From: the human T2T-CHM13v2.0 reference genome, Homo sapiens
Assembly: GCF_009914755.1 (NCBI RefSeq)
Contig: NC_060926.1
DNA length: 64,000 bases
Direction: 5' to 3' (one strand)
The number at the start of each line of letters is the position of its first letter. Within the stretch, counting starts at the first letter, position 1. Made by a program: the position numbers and the translations under genes. Positions 44,184-61,660 of the stretch are shown one piece after another. The notes under the pieces are model-generated. The model was not told where the DNA came from. It ran no database searches and saw only the letters and a list, made by a program, of their open reading frames with translations.

Positions 44184-45410
44184 AAAGTTAAACATTGTTT
44201 TCCTACTAAAAATCACACAAAAAAGAAATTAAAAGAAGTTTTATAAAATAAGCATGGAATATTAATTCTGAAAGATCAGAAAAATGTAAATTACTGTATT
44301 CACAAACACTAAAATGTCTCAATGACCAATTTGTAACAAATAACAATATAAGCTTTACCTTCTTATACTCATCAAAGCTGCTGCTCTGAACAGAGAAACA
44401 AATGTCTTTTTTGAGGCATTTTTTCTGCCAGTTAAAAAAGGAGACAAATCAAAGAGGTCTGACAAGATTGTTCACAGTCCTGCAAAATGCAAAGCTATTT
44501 TAAAGCCTGAAGAGTCAGTGTAGCCAGATAATCAGGAACATATTAGCTCCATTGCTGAAAACTTGCCAGAGCAATTAATGAGCTCTAGAAAATGGATGAA
44601 TCATTTTAGCAATAAAGGGTCTCCTTGTTACTTTATCTTGAACAGATTAATAAACAATGGAGATTACAATGTGATGATAAAATTATATTATTGATTTAAA
44701 TGATTCTGCTTAACTTCTTCATCAATATAACATTTAGTTTATCTAAAAGTCATCAGGATGTTTAAATATCTTTTTAAAAGGGGAAGAACATTTCAAAATG
44801 TATTTTTCCCTATATTATTTAATTTTACTGTTAATATTACAGTTATATTAATAAAGGTTTTAGAGGAGTTTTGACTATTAGGACAGATGTATAGCAACAC
44901 TTACATTTTATCATATGAGTATTTAATATCTAAGGGAGTTTTTGTGTGTTTTAATCAATAGTCAGTTTTTTAAGATTATGAGCATCAAGAAAGATTATGA
45001 ATATAATAACCCATTTTCCTTTGTAACTTTAAATGCCTGCCATAAATCTAGTGATTTTTCCTATAATCTTGTATGTTTTCAAAATTAATAGTACTCAGTT
45101 CCTTTTGTTCTTTGACTGCTATTCAATTATGTTTGAAAGATTAAATTCCACTGAACAATTAATACCATTTGCAAACTTAATTCAATTTCCTTAAAACATT
45201 TTAAACTGCTAAGTTAAATTCTAAAATAGCTGAGTCTCTAAGACATTTCAAAGATCTTAAAATATAGACCAACTGTACTCAGATTTAAAAGAAAAATAAT
45301 ATTTGCTTATATAATTGAGTACCCTACTTATATGTAATCCCAAACAAAACTTTTGAGTGATTTTAGCTTTATTGTTATTACGCTTATACTATCATATACT
45401 AGCAAATCAT

Positions 45411-45700
45411 TGTATCCGTTATGGTCTGGTTGTAAAAAAAACAATCTGGGATATTTAAAATACAGAGGTTTTAATTAAGGGACTACTTACAGAGATAAGA
45501 ACAGGGTTAAATGGAGAGAAAATGAAAACTGCAGTACCCAGAGATTTAGACAGCTGTAAGCCCATACTACTCTTAGGGCTGAAGAAGCAAGGGAAGGAAA
45601 CAGTAATAATAAGTAGTCCTGTGACAGCTGGGAGGTATTAAGAATGGGCCTCACCGTGAGAGCTACAGTTGAGAGTAAGCAAAGTTTGAGACCTAGACAC
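45411..45700 (-). mobile_element. Old ERVL/MaLR-type LTR remnant
   Basis: TGTATCCGTTATGGTC terminus; LTR-like body; family not resolved. Confidence 0.45.
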
Positions 45701-45987
45701 CAGAGCTCTATATTAGATTGATACTCATGACTACTGGTAAATACAGAGTAACAGACTTCTAGAAAGCTTTAGTGAGGTAGCTGGAAATGATATTTTTATT
45801 AAGTCAAGTGTTTTCATTAACATTTCCTTCACATTCTGGAGATACATTTTTTGCATGTATGTCCACGAAAATATGTTTATATATAATATTACTTCAACTT
45901 TTAAAATATTAAATTTGATATATAATTGGATGAGTACCTATTTAGATTTGAACTCTTCTCTTAGGTCTTCAATTATGTCCCTCCATC

Positions 45988-46275
45988 TTTTTGTTTGAGA
46001 TAGGGTCTTGCTCTGTTGTCCAGGCTGGAGTACAGTGGTGTTATCATTGCTCATGCTTGACCTCTCTTGTCTCAAGCGATCCTCCCATCTTAGCCTCTAC
46101 AGTAGCTGGAACTACAGCTGCATGCCACCACATCTGGCTAATTTTTTTTGTATTTTGTAGAGAAGGGGTTTCACCATGTTGCCCAGGCTGCTCTTGAACT
46201 ACTGGGCTCAGGTGATCCACCCACCTAGGCCTCCCAAAGTGCTAAGGCTACAGACATGAACGACCGTGACAAGCC
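45988..46275 (-). mobile_element. AluJ
   Basis: Both arms; approximate TSD TCCCTCCATCTTTT / TCCCCCTAGTCTTTT. Confidence 0.93.
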
Positions 46276-46574
46276 TCCCCCTAGTCTTTTATAACCCATG
46301 CATTGCATTAAACACAATTCTATTTTCATTCTCAGAGACCGCATAACTCTTCTGGGACTCTTTATTTGTATTGAACCTTCACCATAGAATTTGAACTCTT
46401 TTATATTTTTCTTTGTAAATTTTTATAGTTTTGCTCTCAGGGTTTGGAGAAATTAACTTTGGGATTAAGCATTGGCCACTGACCTCCTGACTTTGAGCTA
46501 AAAGCACCTCAGTGATTCTTTAGCTGAGATTCTTTAAGAGCAGGTGGATCTAATTGTTAAACCATTCATCACCC

Positions 46575-47081
46575 TGCACTGGGTTGAATGGTGACTTCCA
46601 AAAGATATGCTCACTTACTCAACACAGAACCTGTGCATGTGACTGTATTTGGAAAAAAATTTTGCAGATGTAATTAGTTAAGAATTTCTAGATGAGATTA
46701 TCCTGCATTATCTGAGTGGTCCCTAAATCCAAAGACAAGTGTACTTTTAAGAGACCCAACAATGATTTCATTGAATCAGAATTTAAGATTCCCACTCAGC
46801 CGCTTTGGGCTACTTGGGCCTTGAATTAAAGACAGAAGAGGAAGTGACTCAACGAGAAGGCCATAGGAAAACCAGGGCAAAAATTGGAGTAATACACCCA
46901 CAAGGAATAGTGGCAGCCATTAGAAGCTGGGAGATGCAAGAAAGTATTCCAGAAAAAGTGTGGCCATGCATAAACCTTGATTTCAGCCTTCTGGCTGCCA
47001 GAATTGTGGAGAATAAATTTCTGCTGTATTAAGCCACACAGTTCTGGTAATTTGTTGTGGCCACCCTAGGGAACGGGTACA
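46575..47081 (+). mobile_element. MLT1B/C-like solo LTR with an approximately 70-bp foreign insert
   Basis: TG...CA termini; TTTGCAGATGTAATTAGTTAAG, CCCTAAATCCAA, AATAAATTTCTGCTGTATTAAGCCAC. Confidence 0.9.
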
Positions 47082-47398
47082 TATTTTCTTTAAATTTTGC
47101 ATTCAGAAACCAATCCTGCCTCCCTAAATTATAGTCATCATGATACTCGGCAAGCTCAAATCTTTTAGATTCAATTTTGCTTACTGAACTAAAGACAAAT
47201 TCTTCATCTGGTTGTATGAGCATTCTGAATAGATCCAAACCTTTTTTTCATTCAACACACAGATCATTCACTGTTCCTTGAAAATACCCCATGGTTTCCT
47301 GAGAATGTGATGTTTTTTCTATGAAAAATGCTCATTTGTTTAATTCCATCTCTGAATATTGATATCTCACCTGTTTTTTTGTAATGCTAAGAGCCATC

Positions 47399-47790
47399 TG
47401 TCATGGCTTAAGTCAGAAGCAGAATCTGAAATAAGGATATATGTGCTTGTGATTTATTAAGAAAATGCTCCCAAGAGAACAAAGTAAAGAAATGTAAGAA
47501 GCAAGTCAGGGAAGGAGAAGACTTCAAAGAATGTGACTTTATACCAAATTCCTACAGAGGAAAAGCTTCAGATAGGGGAACACCAGTGTGTAAGTTACTT
47601 TCAGCATTGTCCTGTGGGGGCAGGAGAGTGGGGCTCACCTATTCTAAGACGTGTCAATTACTTCTGGTTTTCAATAGCAGCGGCAAAGTGGGGTCACTGG
47701 CCCTTCCAAAGGCCGAGGGAGTCCTGTGAAGAATTGCAGGTGCCGGCCAGTGGAAGCAACTGTTCATCAAAGCAGAACACCCGTGTCATC
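47399..47790 (-). mobile_element. LTR16-like ERVL LTR
   Basis: AGAAGCAGAATCTGAAATAAGGAT...TGATTTATT...CAGGGAAGG pattern. Confidence 0.6.
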
Positions 47791-48489
47791 CTCTACACAG
47801 TATTGCATGCTTGGAGGCTTTTCTGATCTCGGCTCTCTTCCAAACCTGCTCTGAACTTCACCCTACCGATAATAGTTACAAAAGTTTATATATGACTCTG
47901 AGGATTGTAAAAGGCTTCTACACTCAGCAACAGAGAAATTTGGGCTCTAATTCCAGGTAAATTTTCTAAGTTCATTCACAGAAGATTTTATTTTCTCTTC
48001 GTTATGCTTCATATAAATCTTTCCAGTTGTACATCTTTTCCTCTACTGAAGGATATTTATATATGTGTCTTACCTCTTTCTTGTTCATGCTAAATTAAGA
48101 CTCTGATATGAAGGAGAGTATTTTAATACCTTATCTTAACATACTTTCAAGAAACTAAGAGTTCCTTGTATAATAGAATCTCAAACGTATTAATGACGTT
48201 TTAATTAATTAAATCAAAATTTTGTACTTTCTAGCATATAGCCTCATATAATTTTCAGTTTTGCTATTTTTAGCAAAATTGTTGATTTTATTCATAAAAT
48301 AGTTATTTTTCTTGGCAACTGTACCAATTTTATTCCACTTGCTATAAGATAATTAACAGAATATTTGATAACTAGTACATGTCAGATTTTTCTGGGCTCA
48401 CATTATAAGACATTATATTATAAAATATTGATAGAAAGAAGTGTATGATCCAGCAATGATTGACTCATGAAAAATGATATTGTTGGGCA

Positions 48490-48900
48490 AAAAATGAGAC
48501 TCTTGGTATAGCATAGTTTATTGGAATTGTATTCAACACTCTACCTATTGTCATTCTTAGATTTACTTAATAAATGTTAACTGGCTTTTTGTCCACTTGC
48601 CAAATTTTAAAAATGATAATCACTATAACTGACCTATCATACATTGTTGGTACAATATATAATATCTATTAACATCCCAAATTATGGGGGAAAAATAATA
48701 AAATGGCTTTATGTACACATCATCCTCAAACTTATTAGCTCTATGTCCTTGGATATAACATCCCTTTGCTTTAGTTTCCTGACTTGTAAAATAGATTGCA
48801 AAATGTCTTTCCCATAAGATTGTGTTACAATTAAGTGTATATTTCCAGATAAAGCACTTAGGAAAGACTCTGACATGTAATTCCTAGCAAAGGTAGGCCA
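48490..48900 (+). mobile_element. MIR fragments (two)
   Basis: TGTCCTTGGA...TTAGTTTCCTGACTTGTAAAATAG...AAAGCACTTAG. Confidence 0.6.
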
Positions 48901-49058
48901 TTTTTACTTCTTATGTTAAGATAATAATAGAGAAAAAGGTCATTTTCATTGTCCAGATAGAGAAGACATTGCTTAATGAATATACTACTTTGTGTCTGTA
49001 TTGACTTTACACATACAAAATTGGGTGGAAGAACTTTTTTCTCTATTGCTGGGTTATA

Positions 49059-54395
<5,337 letters not shown>

Positions 54396-54950
54396 TTCTA
54401 AGAAGATGAAATTCATGTACTTTTTCCTGCTCCCCCAACTAAGTACAACTAAAAATCCTGGACATTAAATATAAGACATATATAAGACTGTAAGACAATA
54501 AGTGGAATACTGCTTATGGACCTTGGGACATGAGAAATGACAAGGTAGTGAGTTCCCTGAATTTTCTTTTTGCCTCATATCTGCCAAATTTGGAACTAGA
54601 GAAGTTGACAACCTGGAGACCCCAATGGTGGCAGGCCAAAAAAGTCCCAACAAAGGCCTATGCTATAGCCAAAAGATCAGGAGAGGGCTAGCCTAGCAAG
54701 GCAGAGAGATTTTAGACAATGACTGCTCTACTCCAGAAAACCACCATGTATAAAAAATAATGGCCTTAACCCATCTGTGCCAGTAAATTTCAATAAGGGA
54801 GCCTAGGCCTTCACCTGCAGAAGATGTAAGGATGAAAGATTACCCATTCCTGTTCACATTTCTATCCCCCATAATCCTCAACTTTAGTCCCTTCCATGAT
54901 GTCAGTGAGGACAACCTCCATCCATAAGTAAGGGGAGACCCTCCCTCTCC
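54396..54950 (+). mobile_element. L1M 5' end in opposite orientation
   Basis: AAGATG...CTAAGTACAACTAAAAATCCTGGACAT...GGTAGTGAGTTCCCTG resembles an L1MC/MB 5' terminus. Confidence 0.65.
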
Positions 54951-56594
54951 ACATTGGAAAATAATCTTATTTTATTTTTTAAAAGTATATAGAGCATTTA
55001 AGTTAAAAGCATATATTCTTAGGACATTTAAATCATGAATTGAATACCAAATTTCCTGAGATATAAGTGGAAAAATGATAAATAGCCATCTCAGAAAATA
55101 TAGCAGCTCTTCAGGAAAAAAAAATTCAGTTCATGTTTCTCTGCATAAGAGACTATTTCATTATTTGTGTTGTTAAATATTACTCTCATAGTACCATCAC
55201 TATGTATAACAAAAGGAATGTGCATTATTTAAATAAATATAGGAAAATCAAATGTATTTAGCAACAGTAATATATTGATCAAATATACCAAACCTTTCTC
55301 TGCTATTTTTCTGACTTACTTATATTTCTAAGAATCAAGAGATAAAAGTTGGAAAAGCCAGATTTTTGAAATAATTTGCATATTTCTTTACGATCTTGTA
55401 TTCATCATATGCAGATGTATTAGCTATCCATCATTCTCCAAAGATCTGCACACATTTAAGTCGATGCACTTTTAATTTTACTACTGTGAATTCAAAATAT
55501 CCTTTTGAATGCTACTCATGTCTATAGGTTGCATTCTTTGCAAAAAAAGGAGGTATTTAAAAATTAAATGATATATTCATCATAACATATAATAAATATA
55601 TTGTTTAATATAATATTATATAAAATAATTTCTACTAAATATAATAAATTTATATTTGTTATATTTCTACTAAATATAATAAAGTCTCTTTGGAATGTCT
55701 GTAAAAATAGACTGAAATTACTTGAACTGTAGACATAACTATAGACATATTCATGTGTTCCTCTATACAGGAAACTATTAATAACTCCATGCAAGACATG
55801 TTAATATTTTAATTGTAGTATGAAAATAACACTTTTTAAAATGTCAGAATATTGTTATATAAAATATTTAATTTTCTCATTTTTTAATATTATTGAAAGT
55901 TGCTGAAATAAGATGTTAAATTAAAATTTTATAGAATTAAGATTTCCACTTTTTAAATATTTAGATTATTTTTCATTCTATACGGTTTGTCAGTTTTGAA
56001 AAATCATGGCCTTTCTTTCAATCATTTCCTAGCACCTAATAAGCAAGTGGAACAAAAATTTATTAAATATACTATTTTTTAAGATAACTCAATTTCCTAT
56101 TTTGGAACTTTAAGTAATTGAGTCATGAAAAACATATTTATAATATCAGAAATTTAAGATGTTCTATTCAAGAATTAAGCCTAGAGTGATTTCTTTGAAA
56201 GGTATGGAACTAGTGTAAACATCTCAAACAAAGGCTTTTATTTTCTAGACACTTTCTAGATATACAAATGTTAATGGTGGAGATTTTAAGCATGTATGAT
56301 AGGTAGGTTTTTAATTTAAATGTTATGAAAGAAGTATGGAGAAGAACCAATTCATATGCAAATAAACCTTTTTTTCTAACAGCAAAAATATAATTTTGAT
56401 ATGAATCCATCATAGTGGAATCAAAAAAGTTTTTATCAGTGAGCAAAAATGAGCAATGAATCCCCAGTATATAAGGATCATATTGAAAAAATGTGTATGT
56501 ATAATTTTGGATGCCACTGACCTCTAGGGCAACAATAAGACAGAGACCCATCATTGACTTATAGACGTATTTTAAGGTACATATGCATTGAGCT

Positions 56595-56634
56595 AATACA
56601 TTGCTGTTGTCACAAATACATTGCTGTTGTCACA
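56595..56634 (+). repeat. Perfect 20-bp tandem duplication
   Basis: AATACATTGCTGTTGTCACA x2. Confidence 0.97.
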
Positions 56635-56952
56635 AGTACAAGAAAAGACAATAGCAATAATAATTTTAAAGATCATTCTTCATAGAAAGGTAAGAAACTG
56701 TTAAACCCACTAGTCATTAAGGTTACACAGAAGACTAAAGAAGTAAATTAGTTTGAGAAGGACAACATATTTTCATCACTAATAATACTCATACTGACCT
56801 ACTGAAGTAAGCTAATATGAGTTTACCAAAACAAAAGTAGTTCTCTCTCTCTCTCTCTTCAGGCTTTTAATTAAGTTCTCTCCAAGAAATGTCATTTGAA
56901 ATTTGTTTTAAAAAATTAGAATAAATTTGACTGATTTCTAATCACAAAATAC

Positions 56953-57037
56953 ATATCTTTAAAAGGTTGACTACCATAGATATCTTTAAAAGGTTGACTA
57001 CCATAGATATCTTTAAAAGGTTGACTACCATAGATAT
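56953..57037 (+). repeat. Perfect 27-bp minisatellite, 3 copies
   Basis: ATATCTTTAAAAGGTTGACTACCATAG x3, then ATAT. Confidence 0.98.
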
Positions 57038-57102
57038 GAGTGCTTGACAACAAATGTTGTGTATGTGTGTTTGTGGGTACTCACATATATCTGAAGTGAT
57101 TC

Positions 57103-57397
57103 TTTTTTAATTTTTGAGGCAGAGTCTCACACAGTCACCCAGGCTAGAATACAGTGGCATTATCATAGTTTACTGCAACCTCGATCTCCCGAGGTCAGGT
57201 GATTCTCCCACCTCAGCCTCCGAGGTAGCTGGTTCCACAGGCACATGCCACCATGCCTGGTTAATTTTTGTATGTTTTGTAGAGACAGGGTTTCGCCATG
57301 TTGCCCAGGCTGGTCTCAAATTCCTGGGCTCAGGTAATCTGCCTGTCTTGGCCTCCCAAAGTGCTGGGAATATAGGTGTAACGCACCATGTTTGGCC
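57103..57397 (-). mobile_element. AluJb-like
   Basis: Both arms; TSD TATCTGAAGTGATT / TACTTGAAGTGATT. Confidence 0.95.
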
Positions 57398-57519
57398 TAC
57401 TTGAAGTGATTTTTAAATTAGATGTTTCAAAAATAAATGAAAAGTTGAATTCTTTAAGCCACAATATGCAACTTAATACACTATTTTCATTTTTAGTTTA
57501 CTTATTTAATAATTTACTT

Positions 57520-57770
57520 GTTGAATTTAATAAATAAATACTGATATAGTTCTAAAATATGGCCAGTACCATTCACATGCTTTACGAAAGTTAGCTCACT
57601 TCATCATCACAACAACTCTGTGAGGAATCATAATTATTTCCACTGGGAAAAGGGGGAAATTGAGGAATTAAGTAACTTGTTTAAGATTACACAGCTAATA
57701 TGAGATCCAGGATTTAGCCTAAGACTTCTGTATCTGGCGGCCATGTTTCATCACAACAATCTGATGCTGC
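57520..57770 (-). mobile_element. MIR
   Basis: CACAACAACTCTGTGAGG...GAAATTGAGG...AAGTAACTTG...AAGATTACACAGCTA. Confidence 0.8.
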
Positions 57771-58779
57771 CTTAATATGATAAATATCATGACTTTTTAT
57801 GTTCAATCTGATAATATGCTTATGTATGTAGATTTTTATTTAACATAATTAGATACAAATACAACAAGCCTATTACTTATGATGGCTAAGATAGCTGTAC
57901 TAAAAGAAATTTTATTGATTGAATAATTAGAGCAAAAGATCTCTTAGTGTAGTAGAAATACATTTTGCATATGAGAGGATTAAGAGATCAGGACATAGAT
58001 GGGAAGAGAGAAGTTACAGGAGAACATTAAATGCAGTAAAACTGAGTTTGCACTATCAAACATCACCACTAGCTATGGAAATTTCCCAGCCTGTGTAATA
58101 AGGACTGTCTCTTTATTTGATTATCAAATACTAATCTAAGCTCCTTATGTCTTTTCACATTCCTATTTATTCACTCCAAGTCATATCCAAGTCATTCATT
58201 CATCATATATTCCTCCATGGGCATTTCATGTATCCTGCTTCCTTGGTGAGAAATCATGCCTCTAACTTAACTCAGATGGAAGGGAAGGATAACTATCTGA
58301 AATGATGGGAGGCTCTCCACACTTTTAGATTGTCCATCTATGAATATTTACACACTTTGCTGCAGAAATGGTAATATATTTTGTTAGAAAACCCATTACA
58401 GTAGCCTGAAACACATCTAATCTGGTTTCAGATAAGTCATTGATGACCTATACATGTTTAAGTGAATAATGTATAATTATTTTTAGTTCTATTACCTACT
58501 AACTGACATGGTTGCTTGTACCTTTATTCACCACCGACCCAACAACGCAGTCTCTTTCCCAAAACAGCAACAAAGTTATCTTTTTAAAAATATTATAAAA
58601 GTCAGATCATTTTATTTTTTGGTAGGCACCCCCATGTAACAAGAAGGTCCCTCCCACTAGTTTGTGATGTCTGATTGACAACTGTCTGACATAAAACCCA
58701 TTTGACCCTTGGTTGGCCTGCTGAGATATTCCTGCTTGCCTCTCTCCACTTCTCTCCCTCCTTAATCAAACCCCAGATA

Positions 58780-59285
58780 CCTATATGTGTTAGGTAGCTA
58801 AACGGTCCTTACGGCATGCTGTGATAAATTTAGAAAAATTAGTTCTGTTTTGGGCAGCACCTGAAAATGCTGGTTAGGGTTAAGCACCGGGGTAAGAGGG
58901 AGAACACAGACCATTTGTGTTTGCTAGCTTTACCCAGAGGAAAAGCAAAGTTTCTCTGGTATCTTTGTGAGGAGTTGTTTTACTACCTGGGGCAAGGAAC
59001 TCACAGAAGTTAGGCTCCTAACCTTCCAGGGAAACTGGGAGATAGCAGTACTATCTTCCTTGATGTGTAGATTTCAAAGTGATGGCCCCAAGCCCTGGAG
59101 GAAGACATTCCCAGGTCATAAAATTTTCAAGAGGCTTTTAGATAGATTTACATCTCAAAGGAACAGCGATTACAAGTTTCCTAAGGTAAGTGCTTTAAGG
59201 GAGAGAAGATCAGAGGCCTGAAGTCAAGAAGAAACCCGCCTGAAGTTTAGTCAAGCTGAGAGGAGCTTAAAGGCTGTCTTGGTCA
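58780..59285 (-). mobile_element. MER67-like ERV1 LTR
   Basis: Reverse strand starts TGACCAAGACAGCC...CTCAGCTTGACTAAACTT; left boundary uncertain. Confidence 0.7.
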
Positions 59286-59765
59286 GTATCAATAAGTTTT
59301 GATCTCTTAAGTTCGGTGTTGATCTTAGCCATGGAATTTTTTATAATCGTTGTGCCAAGAAAGGCAAGTACTTTCAACTATAAGGATTGTTATGCCATAC
59401 GTGCTTTTAGTAATATCACAAAACAAATACTCATGGCTAGTATTTACCTTGGTCTGATTGTTTTGAACTATAATAATGCACCTGTTCACATTCTAGTCTA
59501 CTCACGAACTCTAAAATTGTAAGACTTTAGAAACTTGGTATGTATATAATATTAGCATCTAGAATATTGTTTTGATGTTCTTATTTTTGGAAATTAGGAA
59601 AAAAAAGTTGAGAAATTTGTGACCTGAACTCTGTATGATGCACTAGCATTGGCACTTGAGTACTCATTACAAAAACTAGATATTTATAAGCCATGGAAAT
59701 GAAAAATATATATGTGTTTGCTTAATTTGAGAAAGAAAAATTATTATAAAATTCCAAAAGAATAT

Positions 59766-60256
59766 TGAGAGGTGAAGCCAGCTGGACTTCCTGGGTGGAG
59801 TGGAGACTTGGAGAACTTTTCTGTCTTACAAGGGGATTGTAAAATGCACCAATCAGCGCTCTGCAAAATGGACCAATCTGTGCTCTGTAAAATGGACTAA
59901 TCAGCACTCTGTAAAATGGACCAATTGGCAGGATCCTAAAAGTAGCCAATCACAGGGAGGATTGGAAAAAAGGCCACTCTGATAGGACAAAAACAGAACA
60001 TGAGAAACAGAACATGAGAAGGGACAAATAAGGGAAGAAAAGCTGGCCACCCCAGCAAGCAGTGGCAACCCATTCGGTTCTCTTTCCACGCTGTGGAAAC
60101 TTTGTTCTTTAGCTCTTCACAAAAAATCTTGCTGCTGCTCACTCTTTGGGTCCATGCTATCTTTAAGAGCTGTAACACTCACTGGGAAGGTCCGCGGCTC
60201 CATTCTTGAAGTCAGCAAGACCACAAACCCACTGGAAGGAAACAACTCTGGACACG
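59766..60256 (+). mobile_element. LTR12-family (ERV9; LTR12F-like) solo LTR
   Basis: TGAGAGGTGAAGCCAGCTGGACTTCCTGGGT start, tandem CCAAT units, ends ACTCTGGACAC; approximate TSD ATAT/GTAT. Confidence 0.92.
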
Positions 60257-61199
60257 GTATTATTACAAATTGCTTTAATTTTATTTTCTTCTCAATTGTT
60301 ATTAGCTGAGACATCTCTAGTAATAAGTTTATCCTATAAGAAAATATAGTTAATGCTTTTAGTTGTCATTTGTAATAGATTGCTTTGTATGTGTATGTAT
60401 ACATCTATCTGTGTGCTTTGTATATTTTGTATATGTTTTCTCTAACTGAAAGCTATATTAAAGCAAAAGAAATAGAATATTTCCTTAGCTTAAAAGAAGT
60501 GGCTAATTGAAAACTATCAAAAATTTGGTTACCATTTTTTGAACAGGTTCATGTTACAAATGCAAATTTAAAATTGCAGGCAGACCCATAAAAGAGGTAC
60601 CAATCGGAAAATAAAAACATTTCCGATAGTAGCTTTTCCTGAAATAATGTAGTGGGACTTGCTTTTTTCACTTTTCTTTGATAAAATTAAATTATTCTAC
60701 CTAATAATTATAGATGCATGTTTTTATTATTGATGCTATAGGATTTATTTATTTTTCAGAAATAGAATAGATGTGGCTTAGTACCATAATACTATAGCAT
60801 GCAGTACTATGGACAATTTGGAGAGTTCTTTAGTTGGTTAAGCCAAGAGACTCCAATGAGTATTCTCAATTCAGTTTTCTTCATATAAAACATGGCATTG
60901 GAACAATGAATGCTCAAAAAGTAATTTTGTAATGGTATTATCCACTTTCTTAAAGATAACAAGTTGGTCTAAAAGTCATTAAGGAAACATTGAATCCCCG
61001 TTTATCTCAGATTAGTAACGACAAGAATACCTATTTTATAAGCAAGAAAATATTATTACAAACTGCCAGAGACTCATAATGTATTTACTAAAAATCTATT
61101 TTTATATCGGGAAACCCCCAAATGCTAGATTCTGATCTTTACCGCATTAACTCAGATTTTCATTTTCTTGTTCCTCAGGTATTAGGAAACTTTTCTGAC

Positions 61200-61660
61200 T
61201 GAATTTACTCTTCTCTGTCAAGTCAATCATGCCTGTTGCTCACACTATTACTGAGTTATTTCAAACATTCCATGGGTCTCATGACCTACATATTTAAATA
61301 CATATTCCTCAATATGCCATTGAAAGCATTCTATGACCTGGCCCTTACTTCAGTGCCGTCTTTCAAAGTGCTTGACTTAAAATACACAAACTAGGTACAC
61401 CAATGTTTTTGTTTCTTAATATTGTCATTTGTTTTTGTAAACCAAGTTGCCTCATTACATGTCTTCTTCCCGCATAGTCCTCATTTCATCTTTCAATTGT
61501 AATTTTACCTTTATTTGTGTGATTATTTGACTATTGCCAATCTTTCCCAATGGACTGCAAACCTGGAGGCAAGAACATCTATCTGTATGATTTGTATATT
61601 TTCTCTTCAGTGCAGTGCATGTCGAGTTAATAAAATAGATAATCATTCAATAAATGAATA
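61200..61660 (+). mobile_element. L2 3' fragment
   Basis: ATGACCTGGCCC, GACTGCAAACCTGGAGGCAAG, ends CATTCAATAAATGAAT. Confidence 0.65.

Noticed and set aside
56953-57037. 27-bp repeats resembling a CRISPR array
   Set aside because: Units are head-to-tail with no spacers, there are no cas genes, and the context is primate DNA.
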